DNA of 63,704 nt, filler included, from Octopus bimaculoides (taxonomy: Eukaryota), in the NCBI RefSeq assembly GCF_001194135.2. It is 6 parts of 5 records of this genome, joined end to end, with 100 filler letters (N's around TTAATTAATTAA, not from the genome) between each part and the next. Parts side by side here need not be neighbours in the genome. Positions count along the whole stretch, not along the records: positions 8,909 to 29,783 come from NC_068983.1; 5 more parts are not named here. The stretch is one strand, 5' to 3'. How positions within the stretch are numbered: the stretch's first letter is position 1; the number at the start of each line of letters is the position of its first letter. Positions 13,962 through 28,479 of this stretch are shown here, one piece after another. The notes under the pieces were generated by a model. That model was not told the origin of the DNA. It did no database searches and was given only the letters and a program-made list of their open reading frames with translations. Position numbers and translations under genes: made by a program.

Positions 13962-16900
13962 AATATGTACATACACACACACATGCATATAAGTATGCAT
14001 TTATACATAATGTATGTATGTAGGTGTGTATTGAATATATATTTATTGTATCATATTATATGTCTGCAAATATGTAATTACGTGTATAATATTTTTTTTT
14101 ATAGCGGGCGGCTGTATCTATTAATAGCTACAAAATGCAATAGGGTCATTACAGAAAGTGGGAAGAAGAGAAAGAGAGAAAGAAATAATGGGAAAGGTAA
14201 AGGAGAAGGAAACATAAGGAACGGAAAAATAAGTACCTGAATGGGGGATAAAGATAGAAAGACACAGGGATACAAACAGTGAGGATGAGAAAGGGGGTGA
14301 GAGAGAGAATAAGAGAGAGGAGAGACATGTGATAACACTTAAGCTGAAAACAAATTATCTAAATATTATATTATTTATCGTCCCAATTACCAATTCTCCG
14401 ACAATTGTGCCATATCTTTGTTCTATTTAGAATTCTTCTAACAATCTAATTTACCCAGAAAGGATCGTTCTGTCTGATATTTCCAATTTCTATTATTTTT
14501 CAGTGCTATTATTACTATTATAAAATCTACCGGTTCGAATGTACAGTCACTTGGGATTTTGGAAGTTCCTGAGCAAAAACGAAACCGTTCTGGATTTATT
14601 TTGTCAGCGTGTGATCCTTACTAACTTGCAAAACTTTGTCGAAGAGCGGTTTTCGTATATAGCACAATTCCACGTTGCCACGTTCATCGCCCGGGAAGTG
14701 CAATCAATTTTCCTCTGTCTAATTCTGAAAGGGGAAAAATTGTACTTCTCGATTATGGCTGAGCTGAAGATGTACAGCAACAGCAACAACTTGAAATAAA
14801 TTATGAATAAAAGACTTTAAGAAAATCCTAAATATGCGCCCAAACTTCGAAGGAATCTGAGTGCATAAAAAATAGAGTAAATCGTAGAAACTGAAGTTGA
14901 ATCTATAGTTAAAGACAGATGGTAGTGACATATGCCAAATACTGTGTCGACAAATGATAATGTGACAAATCCGTTTGACATTCTCGTGTAGGTTGACAGA
15001 GAAGCAAAGAATGATAACTCTTCAAATTGTTATCATTAAGAACAAATATCGTGTATAAAAAATATGTATGATGATAGACATTTTTCTGTTTCTGGAGATG
15101 ACAACTTTTCTGAGAAGAAAGAGAAAAACGGTTTGCGTATAGTATAGCATAGTAGAGATAAAAATGTTTAGAATTTGTGGAGTGAAAATCCACACAATTC
15201 CATTAGTAATAGCCGACATGCTTATTAAAAATTAATTGTTAGCGACGGAAACTACTAATACCAAAAGATAATCTTTACATTCAACTTAACTTGGGTACCT
15301 TATATCCAAATTAATATGGATCTGTCGAGTAGACTCATCATCGCTTCTATTTTATGACCTGGCTCTGAATATATCAAATCTGTTGACAAAAACCACCAAT
15401 ACCTATAGATGCTATAAACAAACTCTAAACTTTATGCAACTATTAAGGATATAAGTTGAAAAGTATAAAGGTAGCAATACCCAGGTGAAAACCTTATTTA
15501 AATTCTTAATTAAAAATAGATAAATGAGCGTAGGATTACATCAATATCCCAAAACTACTGTAAGAGGAAGCAGTTTTTAAAAACTAAAATGGAAAATATT
15601 AAGCTATACATAGAGACGTATAATTTTCTCTCAAGCAATCGATAATTAAAGTATCAATTATGAACAAAATCTTTTTACTTAATTTTAGATTTTCTGAGAA
15701 AAGTAAGATTATATGCCAATACACTGCGAGGCCGAGATAAAATAAAGGCATCCTACTTCTATTTAAGCGACCTTCTCCTACACCAATATCACCATCATTA
15801 TCATTATTATAATTATTTTTGCTCCTTTCAATGAGTCGTGTAATAATTAATTTATTGCTTCCTTTATATTCATGTTGATTTATAATGTTGTTATGTATCT
15901 GTCCTATCTGATATTTAGCGTGACAAATTTGACCATCAAAACACTATTTAATCCGACAGATTTTAGTCACTAACATAGTTAAAGGTACAAATCTTGATTT
16001 CCTTCCAATATAGCGCCTTGATAGATCAAGGGGAAATTCAAAGAAATAAAAGGGTTAGATAGTGTAATTGATAAAGGTAAATATTATTAGATGATAAAAA
16101 CAAAATACGCGGATTAAACACATCAATAAAACCAAAGGCTGTAAGCGCTCGAAGTGCCAAGTTATAGTATAAAGCGTGTTTCTTATCATTGGCAATGCAT
16201 CTAACATTAATACTTATGAGGAAACAATACCACATTATGGATTTCATTTAACAATTCCTATATAACAAAATCTAGTAAATAGATCTAGTAAATAGATACT
16301 ACACTTGAACCTACTTTCTTAATCACATGCTGATTGTTGTATCAAATCATTTAACTGCTGTAGGTCGACGGGTACAGAAGTCAGTAGAGGACCGACCAAT
16401 GACCGACTCTCATTAATAAATGCACGTATGCAAATACTTGAAATCGTTGCTATGACATAAAAGCTGCAGAATGGAAGTGGATGACAAAGTCACTAGCACA
16501 TCATATGATTGTCTTGCCATATTTAGTTACATATCCTTATGTTCTGAGTTCAAATCATATCAGAGTCGATTTTGCCTGCCACTCTTTCTAGAGTCAATGA
16601 TATAGTACTAGTAACGTAGCCGATATGATAGAAATCATACAGATATTTAATATATACCCTTCACAGTCATGCTATTTTATGTTAGTATTTCGATTATCGA
16701 AACCAGTATCTTACTGCTATTTATTTTCTTGATTGTATTACAAAGCTGCCATGCTATGTATTACAGCTATTATACATAGGTTTCGTAGCCATTTCATGAA
16801 GCATGGCTCTAAAAGCAACTTCCTCCTTTGAATTAGTTATCCCATGCTCTGGCAGCTCTGCACATGCACGCATGTACGCACGTACACACGCATACATACA

Positions 16901-16975
16901 CACACATACATACACACACAAACACACGAGTCAACGTTACTCTATGAAGCCCAGTACACACCCTTGCACACAAAG

Positions 16976-17140
16976 GGTAAAAGGTAAAGACCTCTTTCGG
17001 TCATGACTGACCATAGGATTGCACCTAGAAAGTTCCACTCCAAAGCACAAAGCTGGACAAAGTTGTTTATGGAAGACCAGCAGTCGCACATGCATACCAG
17101 CCTCCCCTCTCCACGCCAAGCTGTATCGGCGTTTGCCTTT
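16976..17140 (-). mobile_element. retroelement 3' end with (TACCTT)n-like tail (RTE-type tail)
   Basis: Minus strand ends ..GGTCAGTCATGACCGAAAGAGGTCTTTACCTTTTACC; GC-richer than the flanks. Family assignment from memory only. Confidence 0.45.
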
Positions 17141-18079
17141 CCCTTGGGCTCAAAGCCGTCGTATGAATGAAATGTCGCCAGTAACTTCAATCCGATAAGA
17201 CATCTTATCCTATCAATCTGCAGCCTGAGGTGGATACCCCAAAATACAAATTCTCTTAACATATTAAGAATTATATTATTGATCTCATTTCTAGCATTTT
17301 ACATGTATCTTTTCTGAGAAACTGCACGTGGAATTTCAAAAGCGGTAGTTCTACCAAGGACACGTTCTAAGCCACACAGTATTATGACTTTCGATAACTT
17401 TAGAAATATAAATTATGTGGCCCTTGACATCAAAGAAATGTTCAACTACCTCACAGAGGAGGACATTCTATATATATATATATAAAAAAAAATACTCGAT
17501 AGAGAGTGACCAAGGGCTATACAAGAACGACAACATCAACAAGAAGGTTGCATGCATATGGACTTGACTCATTTTCCATCTTTTAGACTGGAAATTTAGT
17601 ATGTATCTATAAAGTCTAATCCTACCCTCATATTCTAATAGTTCTGGAGTGCCTGAGAGAGAAGTTATTTTAGATATTTTCCTGGTTCAGCCTTCTAATA
17701 TTTTCAGAAAAATATTTGGGTATTTAGCGGGAAATAACCCGTTATTTCTCTCTCACACTTGTAAACTTGCAACATTTATACACATTTTAATTGCCTCACG
17801 CTACAGTAAGAACTAATTTCACTTATAGGAATCTTCTAAGCTCAATGGAGACACGGAGACCTGTCCCTTTACCAGCATTAAAACAGAGGTTTCCATAACT
17901 TGAAAGCATAACATCTTGGCCTTCTCTTTTTTCGTATAACCGAAATAAATTCTTTCAAACTTTTACATTTGTAACCTCATACTCTATAATACTCATCCTA
18001 TGCTACTATCAATCATTAACATAGTCATCCCATACTGAAGGTCTCTGCACACATTTTGGGTTCAGAATATTATTGTTTT

Positions 18080-18227
18080 ATTCTTTTATTTGTTTCAATC
18101 ATTTGACTGCAGCTATACTGAAGCACCGCGTTTAGTCGAACATTTCAACTCCAGGACTTTTGAGGTGACAAACACATACGCACCCCACCACGCAAACACG
18201 CACACATACATATATTTATATGCATGC

Positions 18228-18301
<74 letters not shown>

Positions 18302-18452
18302 GACGGACTTCTTTCAGTTTTCGTCTACCAAATCCACTCATTAGGCTTTGGTCGGTCCGAGGTTATAGTAGAAGACACTCGCCCAAGGTGCCACGCAGTG
18401 GGACTGAACCCGGAACTATGTAGTTAGTAAGCAATCTACTTAACACAGCCAC
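18080..18452 (-). mobile_element. SINE family A, internally deleted
   Basis: Head 18301-18450 (GTGGGACTGAACCCGGAAC), internal (TA)n, tail CATTTGACTGC. Confidence 0.8.
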
Positions 18453-18937
18453 GAAGATTATACCTCACAGCACTCACTTCGCTATAATATCTTCAGACTC
18501 ATTCATAAACCGTCAAATTCAGACACACTTCATAACTTCCACACAGTTTCATTTTATTTACTTTAACCCACTGAAACTCCTTTTCACACAGAACTTCGAC
18601 TGAGGGAGCCTTATAATAGTCGTGGAGCGCTGTTCCGTCTCCAATGAATAATATTTAAAACAATTTAAAAAGAATGCATTTGAGCGGCTGTTATTGAGGC
18701 TCAATGAATACGTTTATATACTTGCGTATTTACGTGTGTGTGAGGACTCGTGTATGTTTATGTACGATTATGTATACGTATGAGTGTTGCTACTTATTTT
18801 TCTATTTTAAGTGCATTCGTAGCACACCACGTAATCGACCCTGGTTTAAAATTGACCGTCACATGGCGCCAGACAGCGCGCGAGACAAACTTTAAGGCAA
18901 AGCGTAAAAAACACTGAACATATATATAGATATACAG

Positions 18938-18983
<46 letters not shown>

Positions 18984-19083
18984 AAACGCACACGCACGCA
19001 TACACACATATTCACACTCCTGTTTGTGTTTATATATATATATATACATATATATATAAAAAAGATACATACACATTCACACT

Positions 19084-19134
<51 letters not shown>

Positions 19135-19854
19135 ATATATATGATACATGAACGAGTACATAATGACAAACTATTTAAATACGAAATAGTAACGAAAAGC
19201 AAAATGTAGACATATAGTACTTTTATCAACTGTATTGCACGGTCAGAGAAGCGAAGCAAGTCGCACTGGCTACGTACCTTTTGATAAGAATCAATACATC
19301 GTATCGTATTGATAAGAATCCAAGCCTTTTTGTACTTTAGATAAATGTGAGCTCATGACTATGTGAATAATAGAACATATAGACATATGTTGAATACAAT
19401 TGCAGTCATTGTATTTCATTAAAATTTTTTTTACTTGTTTGTTCTACTGTGTCCTGAAAGTATGTATTTTTTTTTTCAGATAAATGTAACTTAGATTACA
19501 ATTCTATATAACTTAGATAATGTATTTCATTATTCAACTAAGTTACATTTATTTTGTTGTTATCATTATCTGATCAATAAAGGATTTGCTATATAGAGAG
19601 GGAAGATTACTGAAATTATTGTTGATGTTGCAGTTACTTAGTTCCAGGTCAAATCTGAGCGATGAGAGTTATATTCAAATGACATCCAAGCCGTTACTTG
19701 CCGGTCTTTTCTGGTGTTTGGAGGACTTCCATTATCGAATATATCTCTTTTCGTATATCATGGCGAAAGTCTGCAATTTGAAATCTGCAATTTGCTACTT
19801 CGGATCAGTATGCAACCCTCATTTTGTTAAATCGTAAGATATTCTCAGGGCAAG

Positions 19855-19990
19855 GAGTTGGTTTAGCTGTTAGTACTTTGGATGGAATGCTTTGCAGCAT
19901 TCACTTGCGTTTTGGGTTCAAATCCCGCCAAGATCTCAGTGTCTTTCTTTCGAGAAAATAAACTAGTAGACGAGTACTGGGACGATTCGC
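19855..19990 (+). mobile_element. SINE family B (diverged)
   Basis: B-box-like GGGTTCAAATCCCGCC followed by ..AGTACTGGG; homologous to the other family B copies. Confidence 0.5.
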
Positions 19991-21434
19991 ATACCACCCT
20001 CTCCCAGTTACTTTTTTCTCTCCTACCTCTCTTTTCTAAAAACAAGGAAAAATCGGTTTTGGTCAGCCTGGAAATGGATGAGCTCCACCTGATTTGAAAC
20101 TGCTTACGGTGGCAACCCAACGACTTCAGTAGATAATGAGGGTCTTAGACAAGGTAGTTATGACTAAAAAAAGGTAGATTTAGAAAAGTTTTTATAGTGG
20201 GTTTTTTTCGCTGTTCTAAAGACGCATGCTGAAGAATAGTGCCACCTATTTGTACTTTTAAATGTCTGAGACTTTCTTCAGCAACGGGATATCTAATTAT
20301 TACTTCTTTTTCATAAATGCGATGTATTTGATGAAATCCCATAAGAAGTAGGTTGCATTATTTTCGAGTTTTCAATTAAGCTGAATTGCAGAGACAGAGA
20401 GAGAGAGAGCGGGGGGGAGAAAGAAAAGTAAAAGAAAAAGCAGAGTGGGAGAGTTAAAAAAATATTGAATTTGTAATTTTCAATTGTTTCTAAGTCTTCT
20501 TTTCTTTTTGTGCTTTGCATTTTTGGCTTTGAGTTCATATCTTTTTGGTGATTCTGTGCCGGATATTCTAATCTACATTGTACTCCACCCTCTCTTTTTT
20601 ATACTCTCACACAATTACATACGCTTTAGTATATTATATTTATATACACATATACACATATATCCATATATACATATACATACACACATATATTCATATA
20701 TACATATACAAACACACATATGTATATATATGTGTGTGTATGCTGTAATTAAAATTTAAAAAAATGTTTTTGGCTTACTACAAGTATGATAGCACCCATT
20801 TTTTTTTTAATTAATAGTACGTGTTGCAGGTGTCCTCGGTATTTTTTCACCAATTTACACACACACGCTACTTATACTATATATATACCTACACACACAT
20901 ATATATAAATAGATACATACACACACATATACACACACACACATGCAGACAAGGAGAGAGACAGAGGCGGTGTGTGGGGTGTGGAAGAAATATATAGAAA
21001 GTGTGACAGAAAATCATGAAGCAGACCCACATACGCGCACACAAACACATGCATATATTCTTTGCAGAGACAAAATCGATGATTGGTTTCAGCCGGTTTC
21101 GAACCTTTTAGGGCTCTCTTCATAAGCCCCATAACACACCAGCCACTTGAAGTTACTGACTGCTAATTCGGTTACTTGATATATATAACTGTATTAGTAT
21201 ACTTTATACACACATGCTTTCATAGAAACGTACGTGCAAACATATAAACACATGTTTGGTAAACAGAAATACTAGTTTCTTTTGAAAACAAAAAGTTTAG
21301 TATTTCTGAGAAAGTTACTTGTAGTAAAGTCGCACTCACTCCGGAGAAAGCCGTGTCTCAAATTGCCCAACGTTTTCAAGATCGCAAATATTCACTGACC
21401 ATGTGAGTCATCATAATTAACAAATATAATTAAT

Positions 21435-21870
21435 CTTAGCAACAAGCTAATCCTGTGAATTTATTTCATCGACACCGAAAGAATTAATGCTAAATCCGAC
21501 CTCAGCCGTATTTGAACTCAGAAAGCAAAGACGGGTGAAATGGTCGCTAAGCATTTTGTGCGGTGTGGTAACGTTTCATCCAGCTCACCGCTTTGATCAT
21601 GATTAAAAATACAATACTACCAACGTAGCCTGCCATAAAGTGGCGAATAATAAGCGGAGTATACGTAGTTTAAATAATCCTTTCTACTATAGGCGCAAGG
21701 CTTGACATTTTGTGGGAAAGGGTGCCAGTCGACTCCAGTACGCAACTGGTACTTAATTTATCGACCCTGAAAGGATAAGAGGCGGAATTTGAACTCCAAA
21801 CGTAGTGACGGGCTAAATACTGCTAATCATTTCGCCCAGAGTGTTAACGGTTGTGCCAGCTCGTTGCCTT
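21435..21870 (-). mobile_element. two SINE family B copies (21435-21595, 21690-21870)
   Basis: TTTATCGACCC.GAAAGGAT..GGAATTTGAACTC..GCTAA.CATTT..GCCAGCTC; minus-strand B-box GAGTTCAAAT. Confidence 0.8.
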
Positions 21871-24074
21871 GAATTAGTCACATAATAATGATCAATATTT
21901 AACAGCTGTTCATATCGTAAATCATTCTAAGAATATGGTTTCATATGTAAGCAGGTGAAGTATAGTGTGATTCCTGTACTGTTTTCGGAAAAACCAATAT
22001 AATAATAGCCTGGAATCAAAACCAGATCAAAGACATGACTACTGAATACATAATTCTAATCTGCAATTATTGAAGAATTCTCATTCGTCATTGTTCTGAA
22101 TTACTCTAAACTTCTTTGAAATTCTTCCCGACTCAAAAATGCTGGAAAAACGGTATTTATTTTAATGAACCTTCATAGCTTGTGGAAAAATTTCCTTTTG
22201 CACAAGTGCAGGCACATACATTTGTTCATCTATATGTATATTATTATGGTTATTTATTTAAGCTTCTGGAAGACGGCAACCAAACTCTATCAAGGGAACA
22301 AGTTCCCATCCGCAGTTGTATGGCTCTATTGCCATAAATATTAAAGAACGATGCGTATATTAAAAAAAAATAGGATGATCATTTGAAAAAGAAATACGTA
22401 ATTTTAATTTTTCTGTTACAGATTAATATTGAAGAAACGGATTATGTTCTATTCCATCAATGTGTGTATGTATTTTGTAACATCATCGTAGTGGTTGATG
22501 TTGTTGTTACTGCTTTTGCTGCTGCTTGTGATAGAGGTAGTAATGGATTAGCACCCGGTCAGTCCTGATCAAGCAGTTTTGTAGTCACATTAATTCCATC
22601 AGTAATTTGTCGGATCTCATTGTCCTCTGAGCCGTCTTTTGTTTTAAAGACATCAAAGGACTATTCATGAGAGGGAAGCGGCTGGCAGGTCGAGTGAACA
22701 CGCAGCGTCTGACCCCATTTGGATTGCATAATTGAATGGGAAATTGCGAAGCTGCTAGGAACCTTGGTTGTAAACATGAGATCTAGGTTTGATCCCAGAA
22801 AGTAGTACCTTAGATAAGTGACTTCTGCCTAGAAACTAGGGTCTAAGCCAACTGGGTAGACGAACAACGAGTGAAAGGCTATCATATAAACTAAACTTGT
22901 AATTCAAAGTAACAGCCATACCACTCACAAACCACACTGAATTTGTATAAGGATTCCACGAAGGCACCAAGAGTGTGTGAAATATTCACTCAGTGGCTAA
23001 AATTTACTGCGTAGTTTGCGCTGTTGGTCGAACATATTGGACACTCATTCTGCAAAACCGATAACATACCCTTTCATGCATGTCTGCATGAATACAATAT
23101 ATTTGTGAATAGATGAAGAGGTATCTCTGCAGTTTTAATTCTATGTTGTCTCCACAGATAGTGGTTATAGATCACTGCTACTAAAGGCTTAAGTAAATCG
23201 GATTAAACTGACTGAAGTTAGTTTGGTCATCTGTCTTTAAGTGTAGTGTAGACTAAAATCTATTGATATGCTTTGTAGCTCATTCAAACAAAAGCATTTA
23301 TACATGTATACACACATATGAAATATGTGTGTATCGGTATACATAACCGTATCGCTTATCTTTTATTTCTTTCGTTCATCAGACTTTTGAAGGACTACCT
23401 TGAAAGGTAGTCCTCCAAGTACAAGGATACCTTTTCCTTCTTCCCTCACTGTCTCCTCTCTTTCTCCCCCTCTCTCACTCTCACTCACTTTTTTTATAAG
23501 TCTAGATCATAATCTGCCTAAATCTTGCGAAACCACTAAATTACCGGGATGTAAAAAAGTCTACGGCTGTCAAATGTTGGTGAGAGATGATCCGGCATAA
23601 AGACACACACACACACACTCATACACACACACACTCATACACACACACACACTCATACACACAAACACACACACAAACAATAGTGTGTGTTTATTGCGCA
23701 GTATCGCCTTACTGGTGTATCTAAACAGTTTTGAGAAGTCAGTATTCGAGAAACATAAAATCATATAGTTACGATCCATGATAAACATCAATTTCGCTCT
23801 AGAATGCGTATTGAGTCCTTTATTCAGTGCACGTGTAGTCTAAAAAATACACTTGTTAACACAAAAGTCGCACGTACGCACGCACGTGCGCTTACACACT
23901 TTCTCATAGTCAAGCAACGATGTATATGTGTATTCACTTTTCGTTATATTCTTTAAATCTGCAATAAGGGTGGAGCAGTTTCCAAATATGATTCTCGTAA
24001 CGGAATTTAGGTCACCAAAGTACAGTCTTGCTCCGGAATTTCTTTAGAAATATGACATAGTCATCCTATTACAG

Positions 24075-24164
<90 letters not shown>

Positions 24165-24165
<1 letters not shown>

Positions 24166-24372
24166 ATTTCTTTATTGCCCACGACGGGTTAAACATAGAG
24201 GGGACAAACAAGGACAGACAAAGGAATTAAGTCGATTACATCAACCGAAGTTACTTAATTTATCGACCCCGAAAGGATGAAAGGCAAAGTCGACCTCGGT
24301 AGAATTTGAACTCGGAACGTAACGGCAGACGAAATATCGCGAAGCATTTTCGCCCGGTGTGCTAACGTTTCT
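24165..24372 (-). mobile_element. SINE family B (well preserved, CpG-intact)
   Basis: TTATCGACCCCGAAAGGATGAAAGGCAAAGTCGACCTCGGTAGAATTTGAACTCGGAACG; flanked by (CTAT)n on both sides. Confidence 0.85.
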
Positions 24373-24373
24373 G

Positions 24374-24485
<112 letters not shown>

Positions 24486-24664
24486 ATGTATGTATGTACG
24501 TCTGCCTGTCTGTGTGTCGGTCTGTGTGTCTGTCTATCTTCATTAAAAGCATATACTTGCCTTTCACTTTATGTCTATCCAGATTTTTATGACGCTTCCT
24601 CTCTGACTACTTTCCCCCCTCAAGATATATGTACATATAATATAATATAATATAATATAATATA

Positions 24665-24717
<53 letters not shown>

Positions 24718-25302
24718 GTACATGCACACATATATATGATATATATGATATCTATATATATACATATGTATATATACATACGTACTTAGGTACGTACATA
24801 TATACATGCATACATACATACATACGTACATACATACACACAGCCTGTCATGTTGTTCAGTCTACACTCCTTTCTCGGTCCTCTCCCACTTACACCCTCC
24901 ATCACAATATACCGTTGATTAGACTACTATCTACTGTGTTCAAAGAAATATACACTAGCCTATATATTTCAACATTAAACACGCTAACTATAGAGAATTA
25001 TTTATACACAATTAATAACAACTAACAAACCTCACATTTCATCACACTTACTTTCTTTTTTCCTTTTTTTTGTTTCTACAGGAAAAGATTAGGCATGAAA
25101 TATATACGTAAATTAAGGTTAATGCAGGTGCACGTGTATATGTGTGTGTATGCGTATGTGAGTGTGTGTATGTATGTGTGTGCGTATGTGTGTGTGTTAG
25201 TGTGTGTGTTCTATGTGTCTATAAATTGAAAATTTATTTAGCACGTGTTTATGTGTTGTTTATATAATACATATAAATATGCATGTATACATACATGCAT
25301 AC

Positions 25303-25401
<99 letters not shown>

Positions 25402-26334
25402 TGTGTGTGTGTGTGTATATATAACTATATATAAATATAAACGTATATACGTGTGTGTGTGTTTATATATATGTGTGTGTGTGTGAGTGTGTTGTGCGTG
25501 TGTGCGTGTCTATGTGTCTGTGATTGTGTGTTTGCATGCATGGTATGTGAGTGTGATTGCATGATTCTGTATTCGTCTATAAACCAAAAGCGAAACGATA
25601 CACAAATTCTCACACATTCCTTCTTCGCATATGCATACATACACATGCTAAGATATATAACAGGAGAAATTCGAGTTTTTTCCCACGAATTTTGATAAGT
25701 GGAATTACTATCAAATATCTTTTTAATATACGATTATTTTTCACAGAAAAATTAATAAAAATACTAAGAAATTGGCAAAACTGAAAGACGAAGTTATTAA
25801 CCAATTTACTCTGACAGAAACAATTATGTTTCTTTCACGCTTCTTTACATTTCAAGAGACAGACAGTTATATATAACTAACTGCTGTGTGGTTTTGGATA
25901 TCATTGAATACATGTCTGTTTCAATATAATTCTTCCTCGTTATCAACGTTCAATGAAAGAAGTGTTTCGACTTGACAATCGAGTACCCTTGTTGGATATA
26001 TTATTACATTTAAAATTATAATAATACATTATTATATTCAAAATGATAATAATATATTCTTTATATCTTAAAATGCTTTGTCTTATAATTGGTTGTCTTT
26101 GTGTACAAATTAAGAGCATCGCTTTTGTTGTGTATGTAAGATGTTTGAGGTGTGTGAGAAGCATTGAGACTAGGTTCTTCACGTGAAATTAACAATAGCA
26201 ATGGGATATTTAAAGGTAGGGAGATACGCTACTGAAAGGAGAGTCAAATTTATTGTAAAATAAATTCTGACAGATATTCAGGTTCGCCTACGTTTTCTTC
26301 TCTACGCTGATCAAGCTGTCAGGCAAAACTGCAA

Positions 26335-26470
26335 TCGACACGAACTTTACTATATTTCGGGTCCAGCCGCATTATGTGGTACCTTAGGCAAGTGTCTTCT
26401 ACTATGGGTCCAGATCGACTAAAGCCTTGTGATTGAATTTGATAGACGGAAAATGAAAAAGGCCGTCGAG
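26335..26470 (+). mobile_element. SINE family A head fragment
   Basis: GGCAAGTGTCTTCTACTATGG..GACTAAAGCCTTGTGA..TAGACGGAAA. Confidence 0.7.
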
Positions 26471-26504
26471 TGTACAAATAGTCGCCATGATTGATTGCTA
26501 AATC

Positions 26505-26672
26505 CACAAGTTTTTTTCTTTATTCTCTCTCTGTTTATTTCCTCGTATTCCTTTCTGTAGAAGACCGTAGGCTCGAAACGTAAAAGATTTTCTCACCTTC
26601 CCGAGCGTCAAACTAATACATATGTTTGTTGTTCATTCCTGTATCTTCGTATTTTGTTTTTCTGCAAATTTC

Positions 26673-26675
<3 letters not shown>
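26505..26675 (+). mobile_element. PLE pseudo-LTR fragment (family P2)
   Basis: Reverse-complement homologue of 3593-3740 and 44046-44200; 3' end fused to (TA)n. Confidence 0.75.
26551..26586 (+). ncRNA. minimal type I hammerhead-like motif, A6U variant
   Basis: CUUU-CUGUAGA-A-GACC-GUAG-GCUC-GAAAC-GUA-AAAG; stem II has one mismatch. Confidence 0.55.
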
Positions 26676-26706
<31 letters not shown>

Positions 26707-27193
26707 NNNNNNNNNNNNNNNNNNNNNNNNNNNNNNNNNNNNNNNNNNNNNNNNNNNNNNNNNNNNNNNNNNNNNNNNNNNNNNNNNNNNNNNNNNNNNN
26801 NNNNNNNNNNNNNNNNNNNNNNNNNNNNNNNNNNNNNNNNNNNNNNNNNNNNNNNNNNNNNNNNNNNNNNNNNNNNNNNNNNNNNNNNNNNNNNNNNNNN
26901 NNNNNNNNNNNNNNNNNNNNNNNNNNNNNNNNNNNNNNNNNNNNNNNNNNNNNNNNNNNNNNNNNNNNNNNNNNNNNNNNNNNNNNNNNNNNNNNNNNNN
27001 NNNNNNNNNNNNNNNNNNNNNNNNNNNNNNNNNNNNNNNNNNNNNNNNNNNNNNNNNNNNNNNNNNNNNNNNNNNNNNNNNNNNNNNNNNNNNNNNNNNN
27101 NNNNNNNNNNNNNNNNNNNNNNNNNNNNNNNNNNNNNNNNNNNNNNNNNNNNNNNNNNNNNNNNNNNNNNNNNNNNNNNNNNNNNNNNNNNNN

Positions 27194-27268
<75 letters not shown>

Positions 27269-27848
27269 GCATCTACTTATATATTTGATTGTGAATATTT
27301 TATGAGAGAGATTTTAAATATATGTAGCAATAGAGACAGCAACGCCATTTTAAAAATTATCAGTAGAAATAAAAAATTTCATTATGTTTTCTGTGTCTCT
27401 TTTTCTTCGTACCTTCTTTTCTTTTCTCTTTCTAACTTCATTCCTTTCCTTCTTAATTTTAATCCATCTTCCATATTCTCGCCGAAACTTATAAATAATA
27501 GACCTAATACCTTTAATACTTTTCTGTATAAATAATTAACACGTTTACAAACACACACTCACACACAAGCTCACACACACACACATACACACATACATAC
27601 TTGTACATGTATAAAGGTACTTATATAAAAAAAATTATATAAATTATATTTATATATATATATACATATAAATACATATATATACGCACACATACTAATA
27701 TACATAGTTATATACACACACAAACTATCTTATAGCATTACAAACTTATTCGTACCTATTTTATCCATCTGTACTCAAGCACATCTGCATACGAACACGT
27801 GTGTGCACTTACAGTTTCACAGATATTCATATATATATATATATATAT

Positions 27849-28479
27849 AGTCAAGATTTGACTGCTATTTTTCAGCGTGGCGGTATCTCTTAGATACCCT
27901 ATATTATAATTTTAAATAATTGTTACCTTTGATGGTTTTTATTCCCATGCTGGCCACTTGATAAAATCAATATTTTAAATATCGATCTTATACTTATTTA
28001 TATAAATTTATTTTGTCGGTGTATTTACTGCGGTGATATTCTGATCATATCGCACGAGGAGTTTTTAGGCGGGCAATTTAAACTGGTCGTGTGCATACGT
28101 GCATATATATGTATGTATACGTTCGTATATGTAAGTATACCGTATGTTTATATATATATATTTGTATTTATGTATTTTTCTGAGTATATTCCACCGATGA
28201 AGGCAAAGCATTTATTATACAAAGCCAGAAATCCGGGATCTGGAGTTATCCAGTTATTTTTACTAATTTATTTTGTCTTCGTCTTCGCTCTTTGTGCTAT
28301 ATGAACATTTATTGTGGTTTAGAGTCAAGATTTGACTGCTATTTTTCGGCGTGGCGGTATCTCTTAGATACCCTATATTATAATTTTAAATGTTACCGTT
28401 GAGGTTTTTATTCCCATGCTGGCCACTTGATAAAATCAATATTTTAAATATCGATCTTATCCTTATTTATATAAATTTA
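27849..28479. repeat. direct duplication of ~160 bp (27849-28010 and 28323-28479)
   Basis: Both copies begin AGTCAAGATTTGACTGCTATTTTTC and end CTTATTTATATAAATTTAT, with a few substitutions and small indels. Confidence 0.85.

Noticed and set aside
14539-14800. Complex CpG-containing segment with LAKLCRRAV (SOCS-box-like, plus strand) and MNVATWNC (APE-like, minus strand)
   Set aside because: Each reading needs a frameshift or hits a stop, the two interpretations conflict, and neither has supporting downstream motifs.
18810-18900. Small CpG-rich patch with CATGGCG (YY1-like) as a possible promoter
   Set aside because: Short motifs only, with no linked exon or transcript evidence.
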